From the NCBI GenBank assembly GCA_963693365.1, contig CAVNZM010000010.1, positions 3,470,159 to 3,534,158 of the forward strand: a DNA stretch of 64,000 nt, written 5' to 3'. Below, one piece after another: positions 18,653 to 63,110 of the stretch. The stretch's first letter is position 1; every line of letters starts with the position of its first letter. Made by a program: the position numbers and the translations under genes. The notes under the pieces are model-generated. The model ran no database searches, was not told where the DNA came from, and saw nothing but the letters and a program-made list of their open reading frames with translations. Origin of the DNA: Amoebidium appalachense. Lineage: Eukaryota; Protista; Ichthyosporea.

Positions 18653-19836
18653 ATGTCTAACCTTCAGTTAGCTCTCGAGACTACGACTTGGGGGTTGATG
18701 GTGCTGCAATCGAGGCGGCCCTTGCCATTCCTAGGAATGTCAAAAACCTTGTGCGCGTTGCTGGGTTCGGATGTGTTGTCCGTGATCTGATGGCTACTTT
18801 TGCCGACTATACCCACGACGAGGGGCTCAAGGAAATCCTTTCTGCTATCAAGTGTATGTTACCTGAAGGGATACCGCAATACCCGAGGGGTTTCACTTCA
18901 GAAGACGAAGAGAGTCTGAGGACCGCCATCGTTTCTTACTGCAAGAGTAGCAACCGCAACGCCAAGATTGCTCGGAATGTCGAATCACGTGCCGGTGATC
19001 TCGCCCAGTCTATGGGTGCCGCCCCCATGGCCCCGCCTCAAGATGTCGCCCCCATCGCCCCGCCTCAAGATGTCGACACCGAGATGGCCGAGCAAGACCC
19101 AGATGATACTAAGGCGGGTGATCACAATTCGGCAAGGAACTCCAGTAGTAGGTCTGATACCGAATCGTCGTCTTCGTCTTCATCTGATGACGATGACAAC
19201 GATGACAACGATGACAACGATGACAACAAGGGGGCTATCTGTCTCAAAGAGTTCTACAGTCTTATGCAGAAGAATCGTGAGAGCCAGGACAACGTGGTTA
19301 TCGATGTGCCAGCCTCGCGGTTTGCTATGTTCGATGAACTGGGCAATCCGATCTTTGTTGAGTCACGCCATCCAATCGCCGCCCCCCAAACCGCTTCGAT
19401 CGATGTTTCCTCTGACGATGACACCACTCAAGATCGTCCGCCTGTCGCTCAGCCCGTCGTCTCTAATGGGATCAGTAAGACCACTGGCCGCAAGTTGGCG
19501 ATTCCATCGGTGGGCAAGACCCCCCCCGGGACTGCCGAGGCACTTCGGAAGATCGCGAATGCCGGTGTTCAAAAGCACTCCAAGCCCAAGAAGTCTAAGC
19601 CCAAGAAGTCTGAGAAGTCTAAGTCGGCTCCCTCGCCCCAATCGCCCGCACCCAACAACATTGCCGACTGTAATAACCCAGAGAGTAGAAAACGTGCATT
19701 TTCTGAATATATGGATACTTGCAAGAATATTTGTAAACTGGTAAAGAAGAATATATTGACAGAGGAGCAGGCTAAACAGGCTAAAATTGCGGCCTGGCAG
19801 AAGAGAATCGAAGACGAGTCAAAGCCTGATGAATAG
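18653..19836 (+). CDS. Hypothetical protein with acidic S/D tract and K-rich C-terminus; apparent -1 frameshift just after the start
   Basis: Open frame 18661-19836. ATG 18653 is in frame if one C is added at AAC CT (giving MSNPSVSSRDYDLGVDG...). TATAAG at ~18559. Confidence 0.7.
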
Positions 19837-20058
19837 GTTTTGTGTTGCTTTACGATGTGTTACACGGATGTAAATCATGTCATTAGTGTCGATGTATGCG
19901 TGTTCTTAGTCTTAACAGTAGATTCGGCTTCTATTAGTATGCATATGTGTTTCTGTGCTTGTTTCTTATATCGACTTGGCTTGTCAATATATATATATAT
20001 ATATGTAAAAGTTTCATTGTATTGTTACTCGATATGTTTGGTGAATATTATTTAAATA

Positions 20059-20280
20059 AACCCCCCCCCCCCCCCCGGCCCCCGGCCCCCCTGCCTCACG
20101 TGCCTCACGTGCCCCCTGCCTCGCGTGCCTCACGTGCCTCGCGTGCCCCCTCCTGCCTCACGTGCCCCCCCCTGCCTCACGTGCCTCACGTGCCCCCCCC
20201 TGCCTCACGTGCCTCACGTGCCCCCCCTGCCCCCCCCTGCCCCCCCCCTGCCCCCCCCCTGCCCCCCCCCCTGCCCGGGT
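20059..20280. repeat. 9-bp-periodic GCCTCACGT / (C)nTG repeat cluster near the right end of the element
   Basis: GCCTCACGT GCCTCACGT GCCCC repeats from 20093. It uses the same GAGGC pentamer (minus strand) and 9-bp spacing as the 2857 and 5431 clusters. Confidence 0.8.
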
Positions 20281-20281
20281 C

Positions 20282-20565
20282 AAGACTTAGCTCGTGTAGA
20301 CTTAGCTTTTTTCTCTCTCTCTTTTCTCTCTCTCTCTCTCTCGTGTAGACTTAGCTTTTTTCTCTCTCTCTCTCTCGTGTAGACTTAGCTTTTTTCTCTC
20401 TCTCTCTCTCGTGTAGACTTAGCTTTTTTCTCTCTCTCTTCTCTCTCTCTCTCTCGTGTAGACTTAGCTTTTTTCTCTCTCTCTCTTCTCTCTCTCTCTC
20501 TCGTGTAGACTTAGCTTTTTTCTCTCTCTCTCTTCTCTCTCTCTCTCTCGTGTAGACTTAGCTTT

Positions 20566-20596
<31 letters not shown>

Positions 20597-20597
20597 T
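20282..20597. repeat. Subterminal tandem repeat GTGTAGACTTAGCTTTTTT(CT)n, ~7-8 copies
   Basis: Directly visible; the (CT)n length varies between copies. Confidence 0.9.
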
Positions 20598-21149
20598 GGC
20601 CAATTTCCCACTTAGAAGTGGGTAATGCTGTATCGTTTGTTTTGTCTCTTTTTTTTTCTCTTTTTCAATTTTTAAGTGGGAAAAGTGGGAAGTGGGAAAT
20701 AGATTGATCGCGATCGGATCGGAGATGGTTTGGTGTGGTGTGATCTCAAAGTTACCAGGCCACGTGACTAGTCCAAGAAATGCATGACACAAAATGTGCG
20801 GGCGCCAATAGAATTGAACGATTCCTTTGGGAGCCAATCACATCCGTCCGTCACACCGCCATTCCGGTGCCGGGCACGCGAACATTATCAGGCTGGGTAC
20901 ACGAACATATACAGTAGCGCATTTATTCCAGTAAAAATGTCTAAACAGACGCCCGTGAAAGTATTTATTTCCTTCCTCCTCCGGTTATCTGTTTATATGA
21001 TATGAACAAAAAGCTGAGAACATAATCTGCTTAGAAGTGTGCAAATTACATGCATATAGCGCGCCGGGCACGGTGTACTGTTGATTATACTATTTTAGTC
21101 TTTTGTGTGAGCTGAGATTCCTATTGGATATTTCAAATTCAAATGAGTT

Positions 21150-21720
21150 CCCCGTACACCTATCTTGGTAATGCGTATTTTGAAAACTAATTATCAAATT
21201 TCCGATATGAATCGTCGTCTTGTGTCTAGCGGTCTGACTGCGTGTTGTAATAAGCCCTTGATCTCAAAAGAAAAATCAGGTGGCAATTTACTAAACTCTT
21301 GAGCCTGTACTTATCTTTCTTCTAGAGACTCGCCTATTTTCTTTACAATCGTTGTGTAAATTAGCTACTTATATTCATCCTTCCTCAGCTCGTAAACCTA
21401 CTACCCTTACTGATTTTGCAATAGTCACCCCGCCTTGTGATATTGCTTGGAAATGTTTATTTTGGCGTTGTAACCTTTCTTTCCATAAACGTTTGTGCCA
21501 CTTTTGGGCCGAACCCTTTTCTCGTAAACATTTAGATAGATGTATTTATTTATCTCAGTTTATTCCGTTGGAAGTTCGCAGACTGGCTTACTTAGATAAT
21601 CCTGATATTACGTCTATTGATTGAGGCTCTTAAATCACCGTATGTTTCACGAGTTTTCTAAGGTGTATGATTATTTAAGTCATTATCTCCTCCATGTCCG
21701 AGAGTAAGGTGTTTTGAGGC
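21150..21720 (+). pseudogene. Possible decayed 3' fragment of a non-LTR retrotransposon ORF
   Basis: Interrupted frames include CLFWRCN..FHKRLC.F...PFSRKHLDRC, resembling the C-terminal Cys/His region of some fungal-type LINE proteins. An A-run lies at ~21845. Weak resemblance only. Confidence 0.3.
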
Positions 21721-22383
21721 TCTTCCTCGCTGAGATATCTGTGATATCTCGCTTGCGTCTACTTTGCCGAGCATATCAAGGGGTTTACACACTTTTTATT
21801 GCGCGGAGGCCCAGCCACATTCGACATATCAAGAAAGTCATTATAAAAAAAAAATAACTTACTAAGTGCATACTTGCCTATCTTTCCGTCGAATAAATCC
21901 AGTCAAAAGAAAATTTTTTTACTAACAGTTCCGAAAAGATCTTACATAAGCCCCGGGTACGACAGGTTTTTGGGGAACAACTGCTGCTTGACCCACTATA
22001 TACAGGATTCGCTTCAGTTATTTCCGCTATTTTACTGGGTGTTAGGAAGCACCTTGCCCCCTTCTCGAAAGAGCTCGTAAACGCACACAGCCGGGCATAG
22101 TGTAGAGCTGTAGATATAGGCGAAAAACTTCAGTAACAGGTGCTTCCCCTTAATGAAATCCAGTTACCATTTGGCTTCCATCTCAACACACACTCGTAGT
22201 TTAGTGGCCCATCGGCGATCACAACTCACATGGGTATGGAGTAACCTACACCACATGTTTCAGAAAAACATCACGAAAACTTGCAATAACTTATTTGCAC
22301 AACGGGTTGTTGCCTGACTGTGCACAGCTATAGCACTAAGTTTCGTTATATAGAAGCGTTCGCGCTTTACCACATCCGCAAGA

Positions 22384-24791
22384 ATGTCTGAGCACATGCA
22401 CCTAGTCGCAGACCTCCCCCCGGAGCTTACGGGGTTGAACGTCACTGTGCCCATGCAGAACCTTACCGATTACCTCACCAACCAGGATAGGTTTTTGTGG
22501 GTGCTTCTCATTTTCGACCTCAGTTATCCACTCATTGCATACGCCCAGAAGAAGATGATGGGCTCATACCCGGGCAGGCGGTTTTTGCAGACCCTACCGG
22601 ATGCCATTGGCATCTGGACGCACATCATCAGTGGTTTCTGGATCATTTACAGCTTGGGTGCCATCTTTTTGGTAAACAAGTACTCTGGGACAGAAACGAT
22701 TGAATCCATCTCGGGGCTCATTCCGCTTTTGCGCCATCACCGTACTCATCCACGCGGCATCATCACTGTACATGCTCCCAATCGTTCACGGTGAACAGGT
22801 CATTACCCAGCCGCTGTACTTTGGCATGATTGCTATGAACATCTACGACTCCATAGACTGCCTCATTCACCCCGACTACTCGCACGCCATGATGATGTGG
22901 GGCGCAGTGAATGCGTTCATCCTCGTGCGATTCTTCTACATGTCTCTTGTGGCGTACACGTACATTGACCGCAAGCTTCTGTACACATTCGCCATCGCCG
23001 CAGCATACTCTGGCCCCCTCCTTGTCGGCCACGATTCCATTTGGCTGGTCATGTACGGTTTCCCCGCCTGCTACGGCGTCATCGTGTTTGTGTACCGGTC
23101 CATCCCACGCAATGAGACCATCTGCAACATGAAGGAAGGGATTATGCGCCCGCCCTCCAAGCCGAGCAAGGCTGCGTACAAGGACTCCGCGAGCGGTTTG
23201 GCCGCAGTGAACATTGAGCAGGATGTCGTTCGGGTCAACGAAAACAGCGACTCGGACCGTGACTCTCACAACAGTGAACCCGGCCCGGTTCTTCTCGACG
23301 ACCTCAACTTTGACGGGCTGGTTGGTGGGGGTGAAGGCTGCCGTCAGGCTGACGACATCACCACGTCATCAGAACCGGCCGGCGGAAACTGGGCAAAGAA
23401 ATCCACGGGAGGTATGGTCACTGACAAGATGGTGACCATCGCGCTGCTGTTCGCATTTGGCGCTGGATTTTCGCTCCTCGGGCTGGCAAAGGAATACCAT
23501 GACGAAAAGAACGGTGTTCCCCTTCCTTATGTTGTCCTCGATTCCGCAACACCACAGACCTCCAACGCAATTTCGCAGTTGAATTTGAAGGACCCCCGCC
23601 CCCAGCAGACACTCAGTCCGTTGGACCCCGCCGACTTTATTTCCACGCCGTTGACGGTGACCGGTGAGGCGAAGGTTATGAGACAGCGGGCCCTTGAGCT
23701 GAAGCAGAATCTGTGGAAATGGGAGCCTCGTCGGTTGCTTACGTTCCCCACCGGCAACCAGACTTCACCGGTAAGTTCTTTTCAAATTCTACTCAACAAT
23801 GTGTTTTTGTTTGCATTCAAAAATTGTGCTCTGTTTGCAAAACCTGTTGTTTAGTCCGTGGTGAATATGTACTTAGTATATTGCACCGCATCCTAACCCT
23901 TACCATCCCACCCCATCCCCCCCCCCCCCCAAAAAAAAAAAAAAAAAAACCCACCCACCCACCCACCTACCGTCCCTCCTCAAAAAAACAAAACAAAAAA
24001 AAACCAGCTGTTCGGTGGACCCGGTGGCCCAGTTGGATCCGCAGCCAAGGTGCTCGACAAGAATTCCTTCTATGTTAATGCTCTGATGCCGCACTACGCC
24101 GTGTACATCGCCCCTGTCATCAACAGCACGCTCGAGGGAATCAAACGTTTCGACCGTTTCCGCAAATGGGAGGATTTTGACCAACTTTTCCAGTACGGGT
24201 TCCCCATGCCCCTTCAGAGCTGCTCGTATTTCGACGACGTGTTGTTTGCGTACGAGCAGACGTCCATCACCGGTACCTTCACGACGAAGATCCACTCCCT
24301 TCCCGAGCAGATGCGCGGGAAGTTGACGGATTTCGACGTTCGCGGCCTGCTTCCTAAGGGGGTTAACACCTTGGATGAGGCTTTCGACTACGGTCTCGTC
24401 TACGGCGTCGACCTGGCGTGCATGGACAAGCTGAACCACCCCAAGATCGTAGCGGGGTTAAAGTTGAACAACTCTACGTTGGGCCTCACGCGTTACACCG
24501 TCGGCACGATCGCCATTTTCGTCCACCACAACGCCACGGCCATGGGGAGCGCAGACGACGCGCGTCTCATGCCGTTGGGTATCTGGCTCGGGACTGGGTC
24601 GAACCTGGTGTTTACCCCGAATGATAACGAGGTGGACTGGATGCTTGCTAAGATGTACTTCCTGTCCGCTAATAAGATCATCTCCCACATCCGACACGTG
24701 CTGCGCGACCACATGCTCCAGGTTGGTGTTTGCGTCAACCCCCCTCCCTTCCCCCTCCCCCCCTCACACACACACCTTTTCCCCATACCCC

Positions 24792-24822
<31 letters not shown>

Positions 24823-25395
24823 ACACATACACAAACATCACCAGATGCAGCTGCTACATGCCTATTAGCACATAGTTGGTTACCAACTAATATGAAAAGG
24901 CACTCTAGGTATTGTTTTCTGGTTTTGATAGTCCGCCTCCTTGCTAAATTCACACAGAATATTCCATGCCCCACCACTAACCTTTTTTTTTCCCCAACCC
25001 CGCAGGAGCCGCACCTTGTTTCTGCCGAGCGCAACCTTGCACCCAACCACCCGGTGTATGCGCTGATCAAGCACCACGGCTACCTTGGTGTGGGCATTAC
25101 CGAGTTCATCTACCAGCAGTTCATGACCGCGGCACCAAACGACCCAACCACCGTGGACCAGGTCCTGGGCATTGGCTCGGACAACCTGCAGCGCCTTGTG
25201 CAGAGGTGTGTCTTCTTTTATGCCTGATCCTCTTCCAGGTTTTTATTTTTAATTTATAGTTTTATTTTATTTCATTGTTATTTTTTGTGGGGGGGGGGGT
25301 CTCGTCTTTTTTTTTTCATTTTTGGTTGGGGGAGGGGGGGGGGATGGGGGGGATGGGGGGTAGAAGTGCATCTCCACACACTCACACACACAGGC

Positions 25396-25435
<40 letters not shown>

Positions 25436-26510
25436 CCCACACACACACACACACCCACCCAACATACACACATTGGTATACGTCGTATCTCTACAATCGA
25501 CTTTTGTACCTAACCACATCACCTTTGCAGGGAGTACGAGGTGTTCGACTATGAGAGCGTCGACCCCATTGCCACGCACGAGCTTGCCGGCACGTTGGAT
25601 CTTCCCAACAACCACTACCGCGACGACAACACTGCACTCTACTGGGTCATCGATAGGTTTGTGCGCAACTACATGAGCACATACTACAAGAGCGACGCCG
25701 ATGTGCAGGCTGACTATGAGGTGAGTCTACTTTTTTGGAGTCTACTTTTTTACTCTTTTCTTCTCTCTCTCCCTTTTTTTTGGGGGGGGGGGGGGGGGGA
25801 GGGGGTGGGCGGGTTTGTAACCCTAGTGCTCCACATCCATATTCTGAGAAAGAAACGGACAAGGTCTGTTGCAGAGAAAGGTTAGGAAGGGAAAGAGATA
25901 ATAGATAGGCAGAGGAACCTGTGTTTTCCCTTCTTTTCTGTGGTACACATTCTCACCCACGTTCCCCCCTTCTTTTCTTTAACAGCTGCAAAACTTCGCT
26001 GCCGAAATGGTCAACATGGACAAGGGCCGCGTTAAAGGGTTCCCCTCGCACATCCTCACCTTCGAAAAGCTCGTGCGGGTGGTAGCGCATTATATTTGGC
26101 GCAACTCTGTCCACCACAGCTCCAACAGCGGCGAATACGCCTACGACTATCTTGGCCACCCTCTTTCATTTATCGTATATCTCACCCGCCCGCCCCCGGC
26201 CGTCAAGGGAACGACGTCTCTTCAGGACGTGTTTGACATGATGCCCGTTCCCGAACATTTGGTCTACGCAGCCGGGATTCTCCGTGCGTTGAAGCGTTAT
26301 CTCAAGCCCCAGCACACGCTGCAGTACGCGTACGAGTACGCCGGGTTGGGTCCCCGCGCTAAGGATGCCGTTGAGCAGTATAAGAGGGAGATGTTGGTTG
26401 AGAGTGAGAAAATGAGGGCGAGAAAGAAGAGGCAGATGGAGAGGAACTTCCCCTCCGGAAATGCTTACCTGCTTGACCCTCAAACTACACCGTACTGGGG
26501 CTGGTTGTAG
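22384..26510 (+). CDS. Lipoxygenase fused to an N-terminal multi-pass membrane domain (5 exons)
   Basis: Exons ~22384-23770 (one +1 frameshift at the G-run ~22711), 24008-24721, 25006-25205, 25531-25720, 25986-26510; all GT-AG and phase-compatible. LOX motifs: DWMLAK, SHIRHVLRDHMLQ|EPH...RNL.PNHPVY.LIKHH, YRDD, YY.SD.DV..DYE|LQ, SVHHSSN.G. Confidence 0.85.
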
Positions 26511-27983
26511 ACATTTGTTTTTTGATTGGTGGATTGTTGGATTCTTTACTTTATTCCTTGGTGTACTTGCAGTTGTTGTTTAGTTAATCCTTATCAGGAA
26601 GTCGAAGTTTCTCAAGTGGGCCAAAACACGCCTAACCCAAATGTCTACATATTTTTATGTGTAAATAATGTGTAAATTAACGGCAAGTTGTTATTCGTGC
26701 TTTCCGAGTTTATAGTAGTCATACATCAGTGCAGGTGACCTCTTCGTAAGAGGCGTGCTTTCAAGCTGAAACATAAACTGCCGATAATGAGTACACATGT
26801 GTTGCTTGAAATGGTCGAAGACGACCCCCCCCCCCCCCCCCGCAGGGGACCATGCTCCCCACATGCCGCCCACTGCAAAAATGTGCTAAGTTCGCCTCTC
26901 CTTCGAAGTCGTTAAAATGTCTCTTCGCCTCTCCTTCGAAGTCGTTAAAATGTCTCTTTTCCGGGATTCCCTCCTTCCCTCCCCCCTCCCCCCCCGGTCC
27001 CTCCCCACCATGGCCACCACCACCACCCACCGGGCCCACAAGTGATCATCTCCCCTCCCCCCCCCCCCCCCCTCCCCCGCCTCTCCTTACCATGCGTTCC
27101 TCCCTTTCCTCCTGCAGCTGCAGGGACCCGCGACCCGCCCGCCGATGGCTCCGGCTAGAACACCACGGGCGCCTCATCATCACTTTTGTCCCACCTTGTG
27201 ATGTGTGACTACAATGTCATGTGACTCCGTGTGACTGTTGAACGGAGTCTAGAAACCTCGTAGTAAAGGTTCCCTTTAATTTGCATGCCCATGGCCAATA
27301 CCGGTGTGTGCGTGTGTCACTGTGTGTGCACACGTATACGGGCACACGGTGTGGGGACCTCGGGCATGCAGCCGGCCGTTTTGTAGACTACGAGAGACCG
27401 ACGTGAGTCCGCACAGTTATGCTAGTAGTCACAATGCAAGTACTACAGGGTGAGGTTAGGAAGGAGGATTTGGCGTTTCTACCATAATAGGCTAAACTTT
27501 AGGCGATCGTGTAGAAACAATTGGTCTCTATGAGGTGGTTGCTGTTTGCGCAACCCCTCCGCCTCTGAATTTTCATAAAAAATGCCGAAGGGCTCAGTGT
27601 AGAAGGTGCAGGTATCATATACAAATATTAATAGAACTTGACAAGTGCTAAGTACTAGCTATGTAAAGTTGATTGCAATCAAGTAGTGATGCACCTGGCA
27701 CTTGGCACCAACATAGGCGACGGCTATCTGGGTGGCTAAAAGACGAAAAGGTTCAATATCATCAGTCGAATGTCATCGCTAGGCGCTCCTTTTGCGATAT
27801 ACCTGGTTGTGATATCATATGTGGAGCTCCATAGAAAAGAGCTTTAGTCTTTTGTTCCGGTGGAAAGGGCTTCGAACGAGGCGCTTGTTACGGGATCTGT
27901 GCCTTGAAAAGACAGCATTTTTCATTTAGAGAAGATACGTCTTGTTCTGGTAAAAGTAGTCGAGCAACAAACGGAAAGAAAAA

Positions 27984-50010
<22,027 letters not shown>

Positions 50011-50276
50011 GCAGGCCATGAAGAGGTGGCATCAAAGATTTAGTGCTAAATTTTATGTCTTCTAATCCCGCATAAGCATTGGATGCAAAAGTTAAAAAAA
50101 AAAGAGTTTGCGGTGGGGCTCTATCTTCTTACGACCATGCCTGATTTGATCCCTGAATGTTTTTGGTGGTTATAGCTGTCTTGTGCTGATGTGTTGTAGT
50201 ATATCGGATCTCTCGTTTTTTGTCACTGCTTTCTTACCTTCCTTTTCTTTTTTTCTTCCCTTTTTTTTCTTTTTTT

Positions 50277-50329
<53 letters not shown>

Positions 50330-50834
50330 TAGGGTAATGGGAAGATGTTTAATATCCGATGTGTATTTCAACCAATATCTAGATATCAATCGATTTGGGC
50401 TGGCACAACATGTGAACTACCGCGGTAGATCTGCATGTGCAAGAGAGGGGTCACGGGCGCACATGCAACGATTGCACCGGTTTCAGTTCAGTAGGAGTAA
50501 GGCGGTAACCAAAACATAATGTATTGTTAGTTTATATATGCGATGCACAGTCGAGCACGGTGTTTTCATGCCAAGCTTGAGAATTGATTAGAAGCTTTGT
50601 AAAAAATGTCGTTATCATTTACTAGAAGAGTTGTGACATCTGATGCCCTATAATGAACGTGCATCATTTGGGATGCCCGGCTCCGTATCGGGGCTAGTCA
50701 AGGCCTGTATGTATGACTTGTTATGGTACTGCAGGCGTCTATGTTACATGATATTCCTGCGTCGGAGCTACAGTAAAGAAGGCAAACATATTTTGTAGTA
50801 AATCATTCTGGAACACCTTGTCGGGGAATTTGGG

Positions 50835-50890
<56 letters not shown>

Positions 50891-52344
50891 TCTACCGCTG
50901 AATGGTAACAATGGGACCAACGTCCATATCCACCATTATAATATCGATTTTGCCGTGTAAAATTGAAGGGGGTTTCTTTTAGCTGCCGATTTATGGCCAC
51001 TGCTTTTTGATCCTCGGGCCCGGGTCGGGCCAAATGCTGTTTGAAGCGCACCAAGCCAATCATATTGCATATATCCCATTCGGGTCTGACCCGACACGAA
51101 TACCCAAAAGAAACCCCCTTAATGGCCGTGGACTGTCATATTTAATGCAATGCATGATGCACAACCCTGGCCTTTCTTTTGCACGATATTCTATCAACGT
51201 TCCAGACGTAACAGGTCAAGCCAAGCGGCCTGAATCTACCAGTCCATTCACGCCAGTTTCAGAGTCAGAACGAAAAATTTAATCAAACGGACGTGCCTGA
51301 ATATTGGAATGTGATATCGATCGATAGGACTAAGCATATCTCAACTGCCTGGATCGCGCCGGATTTACATATATTTCTAAAACGGCAATGTGGTAGAACT
51401 TCTGATGGCAAATTTCATGGATTTACTAACATCAAAACTGCAATGTGATCAACAATGAAGATCCATTTATTGGATATGTGTACATTGATGGTATCAAAAC
51501 GCAGTCATTTAATTATCGTCCCCAAACTAAATTCAACCAATCACTATATATCGAATTTGTCGCACACAGTATGGTAGCGACTTAGAATAACAAACCCGGG
51601 GAAGGGAAAACAAAAAGAAACAAAAAAAAAAAAAAAAAAAAAGAAGAGGAAGAAGAAAAAGGAACACTTACTACAGACATCTAAGCGAAGGACGTGTTTC
51701 GTTCTACTTTGCACTTGCATCTTTTAATCAGGCATGCGATATTCACAATCACCAACTGCAACATGAACTCATCAAGGTCTATCTTAGAATTTCTCGGCAT
51801 GACGTCAATATGATGTCATTGATCGGTGGCTGCCCGCCCGTGTCCCCGAGCGCCAGCAATTGGTCTTTTGGCCATATGCAGCGATGTCCTTTTAAGGCAT
51901 TTAACCCATTTAAGGTGTTCAAACGAAAAATCCCGGAAAAATCATTCGTCAGTGGAGGGCAGTCAGGCCGGCTGTGATTGCCTGTAGGTGGAGAGAGGGA
52001 GTTAAAGAACCACGCTTGGACACACGTCACAAGTCACAAGTCACTAAAAGTCGGCCCAGATGCGCAGCAATTGGCCCCTTCGCCACTCCAATCCTCTGAT
52101 GTAACATTTGTCACACGGAGTCCCCGACCCATCAACACACGTGAGTCTCACCCTCTCTGCCCGGAGCCAACTCAAAAACGAACATTTTACCATATTCATA
52201 AACAAACCCATATTCCGACATATACAGCCCAATGGCAAAAAAACCATTACAAATCATGCACACACATAAAAACGGCACGTAAAATGTGCGCTACACCCCC
52301 CCCCCTCTCCCCCTCCCCCTCCCCCCCTTCCCCCCCTCCCCCCC

Positions 52345-52399
<55 letters not shown>

Positions 52400-52584
52400 A
52401 CACACGCACACACACACACAATAATAAGAAGACTAACAATAATAATAATTAAACAGAAGACCCGCCAGCCCATGCACACGTACATGTGCATTTGTTGGGC
52501 AGTGGATTCATCACAGAACAAACACTGTTAAAAGAAGGCTTAGAACGCAGTTTAGAAAGGAGGGTGGTGGAGGACAAATACATG

Positions 52585-52691
<107 letters not shown>

Positions 52692-52737
52692 GGGCCGGGG
52701 GGGGGGGTGCAATGAAAAATAAGCAAACACCACAAAG

Positions 52738-52831
<94 letters not shown>

Positions 52832-52861
52832 TTGTTCTTTTTTTTTGTTTCGAGTGCATAC

Positions 52862-62705
<9,844 letters not shown>

Positions 62706-62984
62706 TTTCAATAAAGTATGCACGTCTAGCAATCTTTCAAAAGGAAACATGTGCAAATGGGTGCACGTGTGTGGCAGTGTGAGTTGTGTGCTTTCTTGCT
62801 TTTTTGTGATTGTGAAATCTTCCTATTGGCTCGATTCCCCAGTTCAACCGTTCTGATTGGCTTCACCTAAAGTTTTTAGGTGCGATAATTGGTGCATTAT
62901 TACGGACCGGCGGGAACCTCGGTGCCAGTGCCGCGCTGACGGAGGCTGTCTCCAAGCCTTTGTACCCGCAAGGCTCAGTAGTAC

Positions 62985-63110
62985 GCGTAAGGGGCCGGGC
63001 CCTATTACGCTGCGGCAGCATACATGTAGAAGATGTGTTAGAGAGGCGCGTAAGCGGCCGGGCCCTACTACGCTGTGGCGGCATACATGTACAAGATGTG
63101 TTAGAGAGGC
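62985..63110. repeat. ~62-bp direct repeat (2 copies) upstream of the aminotransferase gene
   Basis: GCGTAAG(G/C)GGCCGGGCCCTA(T/C)TACGCTG(C/T)GGC(A/G)GCATACATGTA(G/C)AAGATGTGTTAGAGAGG occurs twice. Confidence 0.85.

Larger units (their letters stand above)
1130..20612. mobile_element. Endogenous large-DNA-virus-derived (Nucleocytoviricota-like) insertion, ~19.5 kb, with no recognisable capsid, polymerase or integrase
   Basis: Block of ~12 intronless ORFs in an otherwise very intron-rich genome. Includes D5-like helicase, YqaJ recombinase, T5orf172, DUF5760-like and Vps4-like AAA genes typical of giant viruses. Lacks the long poly-C/(CA)n tracts that fill host introns. Degenerate inverted termini. 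Boundaries are approximate. Confidence 0.8.

Noticed and set aside
1130-20612. Assignment as Polinton/Maverick, virophage, transpoviron or CACTA/Plavaka-type transposon
   Set aside because: No pPolB, integrase, capsid, packaging ATPase, SF1 helicase or transposase is recognisable, and no clean TIR/TSD was seen. Highly divergent versions among the orphan ORFs cannot be excluded.
26890-26960. ~34-bp tandem duplication (TTCGCCTCTCCTTCGAAGTCGTTAAAATGTCTC)
   Set aside because: A two-copy local duplication in intergenic DNA with no other supporting structure.
51690-52530. Terminal exon of the aminotransferase
   Set aside because: Several candidate acceptors (~52525, ~52095, ~51780) exist, but none gives an unambiguous in-phase conserved C-terminus, so it is left unassigned.
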